DNA of 64,000 bases from Candidatus Gastranaerophilales bacterium (GTDB lineage: Bacteria > Cyanobacteriota > Vampirovibrionia > Gastranaerophilales > Gastranaerophilaceae), in assembly GCA_944326555.1 (NCBI GenBank), contig CALVEK010000009.1, positions 13,778 to 77,777 of the forward strand. Reading direction: 5' to 3'. Below the pieces are notes generated by a model that saw nothing but the letters and a program-made list of their open reading frames with translations, was not told the DNA's origin and did not search any database. Shown one piece after another: positions 19,501 through 27,576 of the stretch. The translations under genes were made by a program, and so were the position numbers. Numbering within the stretch: the first letter of the stretch is position 1; each line of letters starts with the position of its first letter.

Positions 19501-19665
19501 ACCCTTAAGAGAATGTGCATCTCTAAATAGGTAGACAAGCAACTCTTTATCTTGGGGATTACTTTCAAGCTGCAAAAGATTATTATTCAGTTTTTGGATT
19601 ATTTCTTCGGTTTCTCCCCTGAATATATTTAAAATTTCTTCAAACTCTTCCGGCAAAAAGTCCAT
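16564..19665 (-). CDS. cheA: Chemotaxis histidine kinase CheA fused to a C-terminal receiver domain
   Basis: 1033 aa. It contains HPt (HSLKGAARMIG), a helical spacer of about 350 aa, an extended dimerisation region (LRVDSKKLDGLVNQIGELI), HATPase boxes (IRNSIDHGIE, DDGRGID, GRGVGLDIV), a CheW-like domain and REC (ILIVDDS...LILSDMEMPEMDG). Confidence 0.95.
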   Translation of the reverse strand: MDFLPEEFEEILNIFRGETEEIIQKLNNNLLQLESNPQDKELLVYLFRDAHSLKGAARMIGFNNIQRLAHKAEDVLGLAKENKVLINREISDALYKAIDLLSDLITESVKIKKEYYTDDIQKQIDYIDKLLEKNQIKENTDKTENSIPKISDKADKKISKDFEKTVLTVNALISESYLLLTNMKGVDGSSYIETFYDLVKQLVEKFESTNYFDIKNELQNIEAKVDFVMKNSNIMTDDEITDIENKLTNIVNSLNKIYAEYGIEKLDYKKVVDEKQHNISAEDEKNAELNTDSEQRETIEKKIEFIKDGINNLDHNLTQIPALHDAIDILVELTKNKEAIDISHKIEEILSVLKNSNKLPEKEVINILRQSLISVEKMIFETKEDADDFSLVIQRLDIVKQMIDLNTSVNPLVNLTMSLDESSLPVKKAQDFFNSFETTSIRTLRVDSKKLDGLVNQIGELIIARIKQKKNTTELEHILSDITELRNFNSKSQSFIKYYDRKYLNKDTDFDYSSFSIFSKQIFSILQENSAKIIKLNNKILNLQKSVDEEDTKQSLIITQLESMIKNIRVLPLATIFHMFPRMIRDISKDTGKDIELLISGSETSADKKVIEEIKAPLMHIIRNSIDHGIETPQERIAAGKSPKGKIYLIAKSLQNKIVIEIHDDGRGIDLKKIVKRALEKNLITQKEAEYLSAEQIMNIIFWPGFSTEQVVTEISGRGVGLDIVQTKISQLNGSVKVYSVAGQGTKITIELPISMSTLKAFIVEAAGQLFALSMTAIKNVMWISDKDIYTRQSVKTIMIEGRNVSIFYLSELMGLPCEEKSSPKKTIVLIEVENGLMGIIVDKILGDQNILQKKLEPPIVKLKNISGITTLANGEVCLILNLPELYKTTYTPVEKPLMAIPKYQIVAKENKDYKILIVDDSLTTRELLKNILSHWGYSYEIVKNPREAFEKLYKDNFDLILSDMEMPEMDGAKFVRELKSQQKFKDIPIIIISSYDTDNLANDMPEVDAFISKGSFNQDSLLDTIEKLLKYN

Positions 19666-19691
19666 TAATTACAAATTCTTTCCGATTTAAA

Positions 19692-20708
19692 CTAAATGTT
19701 ATTGTTTTTTAAATTATTAATAACCTCAATATTATTATCTATAACACTCAACATATCCGATAAATCATTGAGATTTTCTCTGAGACTTTTTGCTATATCA
19801 GAAGAAAGTTTTTCTTGATTTTCAGAATTAAAAGCAACGTTCTCAATAAATTTCATCAAGTTTTCTAAAGCAGTACTCAATACATTAAAATTCTGTTCGA
19901 TTGTTCCTGCCAACTTAACACCCGATTCAATTTCTTTACTTCCTTCTTCTGTAGCCATAACAGTAGAGTTAGTAGTATGTTGAATATCATTAATCAAAGA
20001 ACCGATTTTTGTAGTAGCCTGTTTAGACTCATCAGCAAGTTTTCTGATTTCTCCGGCAACTACAGCAAACCCCTTACCATGTTCACCTGCTCTTGCAGCC
20101 TCTACAGCAGCATTCAGAGCCAACATATTTGTTTGCTCTGCAATATCTTCAACAAGACCAATGATTGAACCTATTTGTTGAATATATTCACTTAATTCCA
20201 ATATTAACTCTGCAATAATCTGTATACGCTGTTTCAGAACTATCATTTTGTCAATATTTGCCTGTACCGGCTTTTGCTCAACATCTGTATTTTTCATAGA
20301 TTGAGAGACATTGTACAGCATCTCTTTTGAATTTTGCTTCAAAGAAAAAGCAACTGACTTTAATTTTTCGATGTTATTTGATGCAATAGTAAATGAATTT
20401 TCATATTTTTTTATTGCATTTTTTTGAGTCAAAGTCATATCCATAATTTTGGTTGCAGATTTCTGTGTTTTTTTATCTTTAGAATATATTTCCTTACGAA
20501 GCTCACTAGCAAGCCATTCTCTGCTCCAAATATACTGCCCGATGTAGGCTAAAAACAATAAAGCCACACCCAAAATAACAAAAGGATACCACGCATGTTT
20601 TAAAGACACTGCAATAATTAGTATCAATAACACAACAAGAAAAACCACATCCAGCACAAACTTTATATCAGATTTTTTTCTATAATTTAATTCTTCTGTG
20701 TTGCTCAT
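19692..20708 (-). CDS. Short methyl-accepting chemotaxis protein
   Basis: 338 aa with two N-terminal TM helices joined by a minimal loop, and no HAMP or ligand-binding domain visible. The conserved signalling tip is [38 protein letters not shown]. Confidence 0.9.
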   Translation of the reverse strand: MSNTEELNYRKKSDIKFVLDVVFLVVLLILIIAVSLKHAWYPFVILGVALLFLAYIGQYIWSREWLASELRKEIYSKDKKTQKSATKIMDMTLTQKNAIKKYENSFTIASNNIEKLKSVAFSLKQNSKEMLYNVSQSMKNTDVEQKPVQANIDKMIVLKQRIQIIAELILELSEYIQQIGSIIGLVEDIAEQTNMLALNAAVEAARAGEHGKGFAVVAGEIRKLADESKQATTKIGSLINDIQHTTNSTVMATEEGSKEIESGVKLAGTIEQNFNVLSTALENLMKFIENVAFNSENQEKLSSDIAKSLRENLNDLSDMLSVIDNNIEVINNLKNNNI

Positions 20709-20814
20709 ATTTCAACCCTCTCATGATTCCCCGTAATTTATTTGAGGCTCTTGTTATTTTAGACAAAAATGCAATATAATCATTTTATTACAAATTTGAG
20801 TTTGCGCAAAGATG

Positions 20815-20842
20815 TAAAGTTTATTCGATATATTGCCTATAA
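20815..20842 (+). promoter_or_regulatory. Sigma28/FliA-type promoter upstream of the double-CheW gene
   Basis: TAAAGTTT (20815-20822), 12 nt, then GCCTATAA (20835-20842), i.e. TAAA-N16-GCCTATAA against consensus TAAAGTTT-N11-GCCGATAA. It lies 24 nt upstream of the ATG at 20867. Confidence 0.6.
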
Positions 20843-20866
20843 AAACAAAAATTCGGTACAAGTATT

Positions 20867-21934
20867 ATGGAATTTAAAAAAAAGACACTTTTAACTGTAG
20901 ATGACCCGCAGAACCTACACCTTTGTTTTGTTTTAGATGAAAAAATATATGCTCTTAATGCAAAATATGTTTTAGAAGTTACAACCCTGCCCTTGATAAA
21001 TGAGCCTCAAAAATTACCTGAGTACATTATTGGTATACTAAATTACAATGATTTGTTCATAAATGTAATCGATATAAGAAAGGTTTTATCATTACCAAAG
21101 AAGAAATACGACATTTCAAACAAGGTAATAATCATTAAAGGAGACGAATCCTTAATAGCAATAATTGTTGATGAAATTACAGATTTTTTCACTGCACGAC
21201 CTGCGAGCATACAAAGGGTAATGGGTGAAAATTTCAACAATATAGTCAGAACCTTTTATAAAATTCAAGAAGAATTAATAAACATCATAGATATTCCTCA
21301 ACTGGAAGAAACCATCAAAAAAGCTCATTTTTCTGAAAACACAACTAACTACTCCGAGCTCTTCCCTAACGATGAAGAATCAATGTGCATCCTGCAAAAA
21401 AGAAGAAACGATATAGCAAAAATTCCGCAAATGAATCTTGATGCTGACATCTACGACAAAAATCAATATGTGATTTTTAAACTCGGAAAGCACTCTTACT
21501 GTATTTATTCTCTTTTTGTAAGAGAGCTCATTTCACCCAAGAACTACAACATAACAAAAATTCCTTACACACCTGATTTTGTGAGTGGAATTATAAACCT
21601 TAAAGGTAATTTTTACACTGTGATTGATCTAAAAAAATTCATAGGCTTTGATGACCTAAATCAAGAATCAGACATTGAACAGAAATCTCAAAAAATTAAT
21701 GACAAAAAAATTATTGTTGTTGAATCAAGTGAACTAAAATTGGCTTTTCTTGTAGATGAAATAGTAAATATTTTAAACATTGCAAAAGAAAATATTGAAC
21801 CAAAAAATGAAATGTTACTGGATAAAATGTACATCCAAGCAGAGGCTTATTTATCAGACAAAGTCTACAATATCCTAAATGTTGATAAACTAATAAATGA
21901 CGAACGACTTTACGTAGATAATAGTTCATCATAA
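20867..21934 (+). CDS. Coupling protein with two tandem CheW domains
   Basis: 355 aa containing two CheW-like modules (YALNAKYVLEVTTLP...IIGILNYNDLFINVIDIRKVL and YCIYSLFVRELISP...VSGIINLKGNFYTVIDLKKFIG). Confidence 0.85.
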   Translation: MEFKKKTLLTVDDPQNLHLCFVLDEKIYALNAKYVLEVTTLPLINEPQKLPEYIIGILNYNDLFINVIDIRKVLSLPKKKYDISNKVIIIKGDESLIAIIVDEITDFFTARPASIQRVMGENFNNIVRTFYKIQEELINIIDIPQLEETIKKAHFSENTTNYSELFPNDEESMCILQKRRNDIAKIPQMNLDADIYDKNQYVIFKLGKHSYCIYSLFVRELISPKNYNITKIPYTPDFVSGIINLKGNFYTVIDLKKFIGFDDLNQESDIEQKSQKINDKKIIVVESSELKLAFLVDEIVNILNIAKENIEPKNEMLLDKMYIQAEAYLSDKVYNILNVDKLINDERLYVDNSSS

Positions 21935-22135
21935 CCAACTGTAAAAATTTTGTACAAAAGAAAAGCCGCTTTGTTTATGCGGCATTAAAGTAAACAGTTT
22001 ACGAGTGAGAGTGGAATATGCACAGTCATATAGTATAAAATTGCAATATTTTCTTAAATTAGCCACTTGTACAAATCTTTTTGTTGTTTAGAGTATAATT
22101 TTTTCATAACTAAGTGAAGAGGAGAGTTTTTCTAA

Positions 22136-24316
22136 ATGATGTTTTTTATATCTTTGTTAATGGTTTTTGTGTCATCATACTTGTCAGCATCAGTATTTTC
22201 ACCAAAAGACAAAGAAAATAAACCTTTCGGCCCTGCCCCGGTTTTGTATACATTACTTATCATGTTTGCTCAGGTGATTCTTACTTTTGAAACATTATCT
22301 TTATTTAGTGCAATAAAGGAATTTAACGTAATCGCATTAAACATATTATTTTTGATTATCTCTATTATTTTTTGGAACAAAAATAATCGTCCGTTATACA
22401 TACCAAAGGTAAAAAAAACATTTTTAAAAATATGGTCGGCGCTAAAAAAAGACAAAATTCTTATGATAATGGCATTTGGTTTTGTTTTTTGCTTATGTGT
22501 TATAACAATTCTTGACGTAATAATGCCCGTTATAAGTTCAGATGCTCTTACTTACCACTTAAACAGGGCTTCTTATTGGTTGGTGCAAGGTAACTTAAAT
22601 CATTTTGTTATCACTGATGACAGAAACCTTGTAATGCCCATTAACTCAGAAATTTTGTATCTTTGGAATATATTATTTTTCAAAAATGACATAGGGCTCT
22701 TTTTCATATCATTTATCTCTTACTTAACATCATTGTTTTGTATTTATAACATTCTTGAATTTTTTAATTTTTCGACAAGAAGAAAACTGTGGACATTTTT
22801 TATAGTAGGTTCTTTTGCTTCTGTAATAGCACAAACAGTTAGTGTTGAAACAGATATTGTAATAGCAGCAATTGTATTGTCGAGTATCCTTTTGTTCTTG
22901 CATTCACTCAAAGAAAAAAGCAAATGTTTGATATTTTTCTCATCACTGGCCTATGCAATAGCAATGGGGACAAAAACACCTGCAATCATAGCATTCCCCG
23001 GTGTATTTTTGCTCTTGAGCTATTTTGCTTATAAATACGAAAAGAAAGAATGCTACAAACCCTTACTAACATTTTTGTTCTTTCTTTGCTTCAACTTTTT
23101 GATTTTTTCAAGTTACAACTACATCTTGAACTTTTTGCAATTTGACAATCCTCTTGGCAGCGAATCATCAAGAAAAATCCATGGATTTAGAGGCGGGATA
23201 AAAGCCTTTGTTGCAAATTATATAAGATATATTTTTATGTTATTTGATTTTTCTGGATTCAGATACAGCGAATATGTCGGTGAACATATCTCAAATGCAA
23301 GACTTGCAATACTTTCATTCCTACATATTCCCGCAGAACTCGGTGTCGAAATGACAGATAACAACGAGATAAATAACAGATTGATGGATGTCAAAATGGG
23401 TGTAGGCATACTGGGATTTTTGATATTTTTGCCATCAATCGTAACATCTGTTGTATTAGGATTTGTCAAAAGACACAACAAAAAAATAACAGCGCTGTTT
23501 GCTTTTGGAACAATGTTTTTAATCAATGTATGTTGTCTTTCTTTTTCGATTGCATACATGGTTTTTAGTGTAAGATTTATGACATTTTTAATCGTAATAT
23601 CATCGCCTGTTATCGCACTTTCTTATATAAAGAAGAACAACATTCTGAAAGTTTTAATCTTATTCTTTGTTATGTCATATTTTGTAGTTATGAGCTGCAA
23701 CCTATCAGGCAGACAACTTGTATCCATATTAAAAGTCGTAAGGCAAGAAAAAAGTTACGATGCAATAAGAGAGAGAATACGTTGTTCTCTATATGTTGGA
23801 TATAACGGAAGAGCTCCTTTCTGTTATGTAAGAAACATGATTAAACAGACTCCCAAGGGCACAAAATTTGGACTGTTTATGAGCGCAACCGACAGATTTT
23901 ATATTCTCAATATGCTAAACACAAAAGGATACAAGTTGGATACATTGCTTCCTGAATTGGCAGATACATACAACTATGATGACTACGACTTTATTATTAC
24001 AACGGATAAAATTCTAATAAGCACGGTTCTTTTAAATAACACAGCAAATACAAAAGTAGAATATAAAATTGATAAAAACGGAAACGCATTTTACCCTGAA
24101 TATAGACCGTTCTCGTGCGTTTATGAAACCCATGACAAAAATTTCTATTCAAAAGATCAAAAAAATGCAATAATAATGGATTCTCGATGCATGATTGCAG
24201 ACGATTTTTTTATCAAAAGAGGTTATGCTTCTTTGGGTGCATTCAACTTTAAAGCAGATTACAAGGACTTTTCAAATTTCGTAACTATTTATAAAAATAC
24301 TAAAAAGCAAAATTGA
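22136..24316 (+). CDS. Polytopic membrane protein, GT-C (PMT/ArnT-like) glycosyltransferase-like
   Basis: 726 aa with at least 12 hydrophobic segments, an early loop SSDALTYHLNRASYW reminiscent of GT39/GT83 enzymes, and a soluble C-terminal domain of about 200 aa. SD GAGGAG is upstream. Confidence 0.5.
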   Translation: MMFFISLLMVFVSSYLSASVFSPKDKENKPFGPAPVLYTLLIMFAQVILTFETLSLFSAIKEFNVIALNILFLIISIIFWNKNNRPLYIPKVKKTFLKIWSALKKDKILMIMAFGFVFCLCVITILDVIMPVISSDALTYHLNRASYWLVQGNLNHFVITDDRNLVMPINSEILYLWNILFFKNDIGLFFISFISYLTSLFCIYNILEFFNFSTRRKLWTFFIVGSFASVIAQTVSVETDIVIAAIVLSSILLFLHSLKEKSKCLIFFSSLAYAIAMGTKTPAIIAFPGVFLLLSYFAYKYEKKECYKPLLTFLFFLCFNFLIFSSYNYILNFLQFDNPLGSESSRKIHGFRGGIKAFVANYIRYIFMLFDFSGFRYSEYVGEHISNARLAILSFLHIPAELGVEMTDNNEINNRLMDVKMGVGILGFLIFLPSIVTSVVLGFVKRHNKKITALFAFGTMFLINVCCLSFSIAYMVFSVRFMTFLIVISSPVIALSYIKKNNILKVLILFFVMSYFVVMSCNLSGRQLVSILKVVRQEKSYDAIRERIRCSLYVGYNGRAPFCYVRNMIKQTPKGTKFGLFMSATDRFYILNMLNTKGYKLDTLLPELADTYNYDDYDFIITTDKILISTVLLNNTANTKVEYKIDKNGNAFYPEYRPFSCVYETHDKNFYSKDQKNAIIMDSRCMIADDFFIKRGYASLGAFNFKADYKDFSNFVTIYKNTKKQN

Positions 24317-24341
24317 CATCGCTATATGTCAAAAGTAAAAT
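24313..24341 (+). promoter_or_regulatory. Near-consensus sigma70 promoter
   Basis: TTGACA (24313-24318), 17 nt, then TAAAAT (24336-24341). The -35 overlaps the TGA stop of the upstream gene and lies within the inverted repeat TTGACAT-N6-ATGTCAA (24313-24332). Confidence 0.65.
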
Positions 24342-24348
24342 TGACTTA

Positions 24349-24419
24349 GGAAATTGAAGGAAATGAGGTTAAACTCCTCAGCTGAGCCGCAGCCGTAAAG
24401 CCGGAATACTTCTTTTCCA
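24349..24419 (+). promoter_or_regulatory. Candidate structured 5' leader RNA element (class unknown)
   Basis: A GC-enriched 70 nt begins at the predicted TSS. Closing helix GGAAA/GAAG (24349-24359) pairs with CTTC/TTTCC (24409-24418). Internal hairpins are TGAGG-TTAAACT-CCTCA (24364-24380) and GCTG-AGCCG-CAGC (24381-24393). No ORF longer than 11 codons occurs in 24317-24564. Confidence 0.4.
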
Positions 24420-24564
24420 ATTAAGACCAAATTGCTTCGGGACTTAGGCAATAGGGACAAAAGTTAAAACATTTCAAAATTAACTTGGAAAATCAAAATT
24501 CCTTATGTCGTTTCCCGCAGCAAAATAAACGGGATTAAGAGTTGAGATAGGAATTTTTGAAAAG

Positions 24565-25269
24565 ATGGCAACCTCGCTTTCAAGAGCATCAAACAACAAA
24601 ATAGGGACGTGTCCTCATGGATTACCCTTGGGAGCTTGTCCTATATGTAACGGTATGGCCGGCGGAGGTGGAAGTTCAGTCAAAAAAAACAAACCACCCG
24701 AAATGACTTGGAATGAGTGCTATGCAATAGGACAAATGCTTAAAGCTCAAAAACTTGCAAGACAACATACCCAGCAAATGTTTGCGGCTCAAGATTTACA
24801 AGCGCATTTAAACAACCTTATGTCTCAAATCAATGCAATGAAAATGGCTGCAATTAATAATCTTCCGCAACCTATTGCAAAGGCAATTTCTATATTAGCA
24901 GATGCCGTACTTATTCCTGCCGTAAAAGTATTCCAAAACATATCAAACACAATACAAAATATGGTTTCCAACATATCTAAAACCATTACTGAACTAAAAC
25001 AAAAAATTATTGATATAGCAGACAAATTAACAGCAATGCTTGGTGAAGCAAAAGCAGCTATCCAAAAGAAAATCAATGAAAAATTCAAAGATATAAAAAA
25101 GAAAATATTCAATCTTTTTGGTTTAGTCGGTGCAGAAAATGAAGAAGACGAAGAATTAAAAAGAATTGAAGAAGAAAAACGTCTCTTTGAACTAAATACA
25201 GCCAAAGAAGCACTGTTTGAAATTTTTACCCCCAAATCACCCGAAGAAGAAGAAAGTGAAGATAAATAA
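24565..25269 (+). CDS. Hypothetical Cys/His-knuckle plus coiled-coil protein
   Basis: 234 aa with an N-terminal CPHGLPLGACPICNG motif (C16, H18, C25, C28) and a Gly tract. A long amphipathic/coiled-coil region follows, ending in an acidic tail EEEESEDK. Confidence 0.7.
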   Translation: MATSLSRASNNKIGTCPHGLPLGACPICNGMAGGGGSSVKKNKPPEMTWNECYAIGQMLKAQKLARQHTQQMFAAQDLQAHLNNLMSQINAMKMAAINNLPQPIAKAISILADAVLIPAVKVFQNISNTIQNMVSNISKTITELKQKIIDIADKLTAMLGEAKAAIQKKINEKFKDIKKKIFNLFGLVGAENEEDEELKRIEEEKRLFELNTAKEALFEIFTPKSPEEEESEDK

Positions 25270-26840
25270 TGAGTTCCATCAATCCGTATCAAGATATAGA
25301 AACAAGAAGACAATACAGAAATCAGACCACATCTCAACAGAGAAAAATTTCTGAACTAAAAGAAGGTGTCATTGTAAATTCAATGATAAAAGACCAACAA
25401 ACAGAACAAAATGTTGAAACAATTCCAAGCATTGAAAACATGTATGACAACCTTGTAATCCCTGAAAAAACAACAAAAACAGATATTTTTGAATTCAAAA
25501 ATAAAGAACCCCAAAAAGAACAATCACTCCATCGTTCATTAGCACCTATATTAGCAACGACAGTAGGTCTTTTTGGACTTTTATCAGGTTCTATGTACAT
25601 AATGAAGAGAGCCGCAATATACAAAACCAGCCTAAAACCTTGGCAAACTTTGCAAGAAATTACAAAACACGTATCTGTTAATGATGAACCTCATCTTGCA
25701 ATGCTCTTAATGATTAGAGACCCAAATTTCAGAAACATTATGGGAGCTCTTGGAGTGTTTGTGCTAAGCGCAGCAGGATTTGTCGGAAAAAACTACGTTG
25801 ATGGAGTAAAAGAAGTCTGGGTTAGAAAAAAACAAGCAGATGTTCAAAAAGACCTGCAAGAAAAACTCATCGAAGTCGAAACAAAGAGTTTTGCAGGTAA
25901 AATGCAAATATTAAGAAACATGCTTACGGAAAAAGCACGTGAATTGGACACAATATTGCACAGAAAAAATATCGGCAACGAAAATACAACTTTCAAAAAA
26001 TTTATATCCTTTAAAAATTCACGAGAAAAAGACAACCAATACGCAGCAAATACGAATACAAATGCAAGAAAAAATAACTTAATAGCTCTTGCCGGTGTAA
26101 GTTTGAGTTCAATTGCAATAGCATTATTGAGCGTAGCAGCTTTTAAAAACCTGAGACAAACCGCAAAAATTTGTAATGATTATGCAATAAATACGCTAAA
26201 AGATTTTGGTCAAAAAATAGAAACCATACAGAATCCGTCAACACTTGATTTGGAAAAACTAAAAAACACGATAGTTTCACTAAACCTCAAAAAATCCGAG
26301 ATAGAAAACTTCTTTAAAAACGCAAAAAATCTACCGGAAGACGGATTTACGGCATTGAACGGAAATACATATAAAAGTTACAAAGACTATGTGATGAGAG
26401 AAGTTGAAAAGTTAACTGACGAAGGTGCCGAAGCAATAGCGGGGAAACCCTCCTCAAAACCTGTAATATTTTCTTATACAGGAGATTTGTGCTCACACCT
26501 TTACAACATGATAGTAAACCCGGAAAGCCCATTGCTCAAACTTGTATTTGCAGGTATGACAGCTGTTACTACAATCGGATACACAGGCTCCAAAACAGTT
26601 GAAGCAATAAAGGAAGCGCAAGTTATAAAAGAAAACGCAAAAACTGAGCTTGATTTGCAAAAACGACTGGTAAGCGTTGAACTCAAAAATTTTGAAACTA
26701 AAAAAAGAAGCGTAATAGAACCTCTTGTTGAAGAATTTAGAATACAAGCAATGCAAGGCAAAGACAAAAATGAGCTAAAAACTCGTGCCGAAAATATCCT
26801 ATACGAAATTAAAAACGGCCCTCCATTTGTTTACTCATAG
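25269..26840 (+). CDS. Hypothetical 4-TM membrane protein with internal duplication
   Basis: 523 aa. The start ATG shares one nt with the upstream TAA (TAATG). TM segments lie near aa 91-111, 157-173, 271-292 and 422-438. A repeat unit at aa 170-211 matches aa 437-478 at 17/42 identities. Confidence 0.7.
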   Translation: MSSINPYQDIETRRQYRNQTTSQQRKISELKEGVIVNSMIKDQQTEQNVETIPSIENMYDNLVIPEKTTKTDIFEFKNKEPQKEQSLHRSLAPILATTVGLFGLLSGSMYIMKRAAIYKTSLKPWQTLQEITKHVSVNDEPHLAMLLMIRDPNFRNIMGALGVFVLSAAGFVGKNYVDGVKEVWVRKKQADVQKDLQEKLIEVETKSFAGKMQILRNMLTEKARELDTILHRKNIGNENTTFKKFISFKNSREKDNQYAANTNTNARKNNLIALAGVSLSSIAIALLSVAAFKNLRQTAKICNDYAINTLKDFGQKIETIQNPSTLDLEKLKNTIVSLNLKKSEIENFFKNAKNLPEDGFTALNGNTYKSYKDYVMREVEKLTDEGAEAIAGKPSSKPVIFSYTGDLCSHLYNMIVNPESPLLKLVFAGMTAVTTIGYTGSKTVEAIKEAQVIKENAKTELDLQKRLVSVELKNFETKKRSVIEPLVEEFRIQAMQGKDKNELKTRAENILYEIKNGPPFVYS

Positions 26841-26907
26841 AAAACTTTGCAGAATTAAAAAATGCACAATTCAAAAGATTACAAAAAAGCAGAGAAAAGA
26901 ATCAATC

Positions 26908-27519
26908 ATGTATATAAAGCCATTTACCTTTAGACAATACAATGCACAAAAAGCGCCAAATGTGAATTCTCAAAAACCTGTTCACCAAATATCGCTTGAT
27001 GAAACAGAACAATGCCTGCTTGTAAAAGATTTTTGCAGAAGTTTTAAACTACCTGATAACAACTATAACTATTCTCGTTTTGATGAAAAACTCGCACAGA
27101 AAATAGCATCATACAAAGATAATGCCACAAAACCCGTAATGGATATGCTATCAAAAACAGATAATGAAATAGAATCAACTGCGGGCTTGTATCTGGTTAA
27201 TAGGATTATAGATGCAGGCGCAAAAAATGTCGGAGAATATTATCACGTAATATCAAAATTTAATGATTCAAATTCGCCAAACATCCAAACCATGCTGGCG
27301 GGAGTATACAGGAAAACTCAAATTCCCGATGGGTTTGCTCCTCTTATGACAATGTATCTTAAAAACGTAAAAAATCCAAAAAATGAAAAATTCAATCCTG
27401 ATGAAGAAATTTGCGGAGCAATATTGTCATACCTTGGTAACAAAGAACTTACAGAATCCCTTACAGATTTTCTAAAAAGAAACAATCCCATAACAGCTAT
27501 CAACAATTATTCAAACTAG
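26908..27519 (+). CDS. Hypothetical protein
   Basis: The start is taken at Met42 of the listed ORF (ATG 26908) to avoid overlapping the preceding gene. The 203-aa product is predicted helical, with no recognised motif. Confidence 0.55.
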   Translation: MYIKPFTFRQYNAQKAPNVNSQKPVHQISLDETEQCLLVKDFCRSFKLPDNNYNYSRFDEKLAQKIASYKDNATKPVMDMLSKTDNEIESTAGLYLVNRIIDAGAKNVGEYYHVISKFNDSNSPNIQTMLAGVYRKTQIPDGFAPLMTMYLKNVKNPKNEKFNPDEEICGAILSYLGNKELTESLTDFLKRNNPITAINNYSN

Positions 27520-27576
27520 CAAAAATATTTTTCACAAGTTTTACATGTGTAAACATAAAAACTAAGTGAGGCAAAG

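Noticed and set aside
24349-24419. Possible c-di-GMP-I (GEMM) riboswitch, because of GCCGTAAAGCCGG resembling GACGCAAAGCC.CGG
   Set aside because: The topology does not fit. There is no GGCAAACC element and no second hairpin after the AAAGCC segment, so the element is left unclassified.
24825-25337. 170-aa Ser/Phe-rich minus-strand ORF spanning the junction of the two cassette genes
   Set aside because: It is the mirror image of the Glu/Lys-rich (GAA/AAA) sense codons. It has low complexity and no SD. The sense-strand genes have better starts and coupling.
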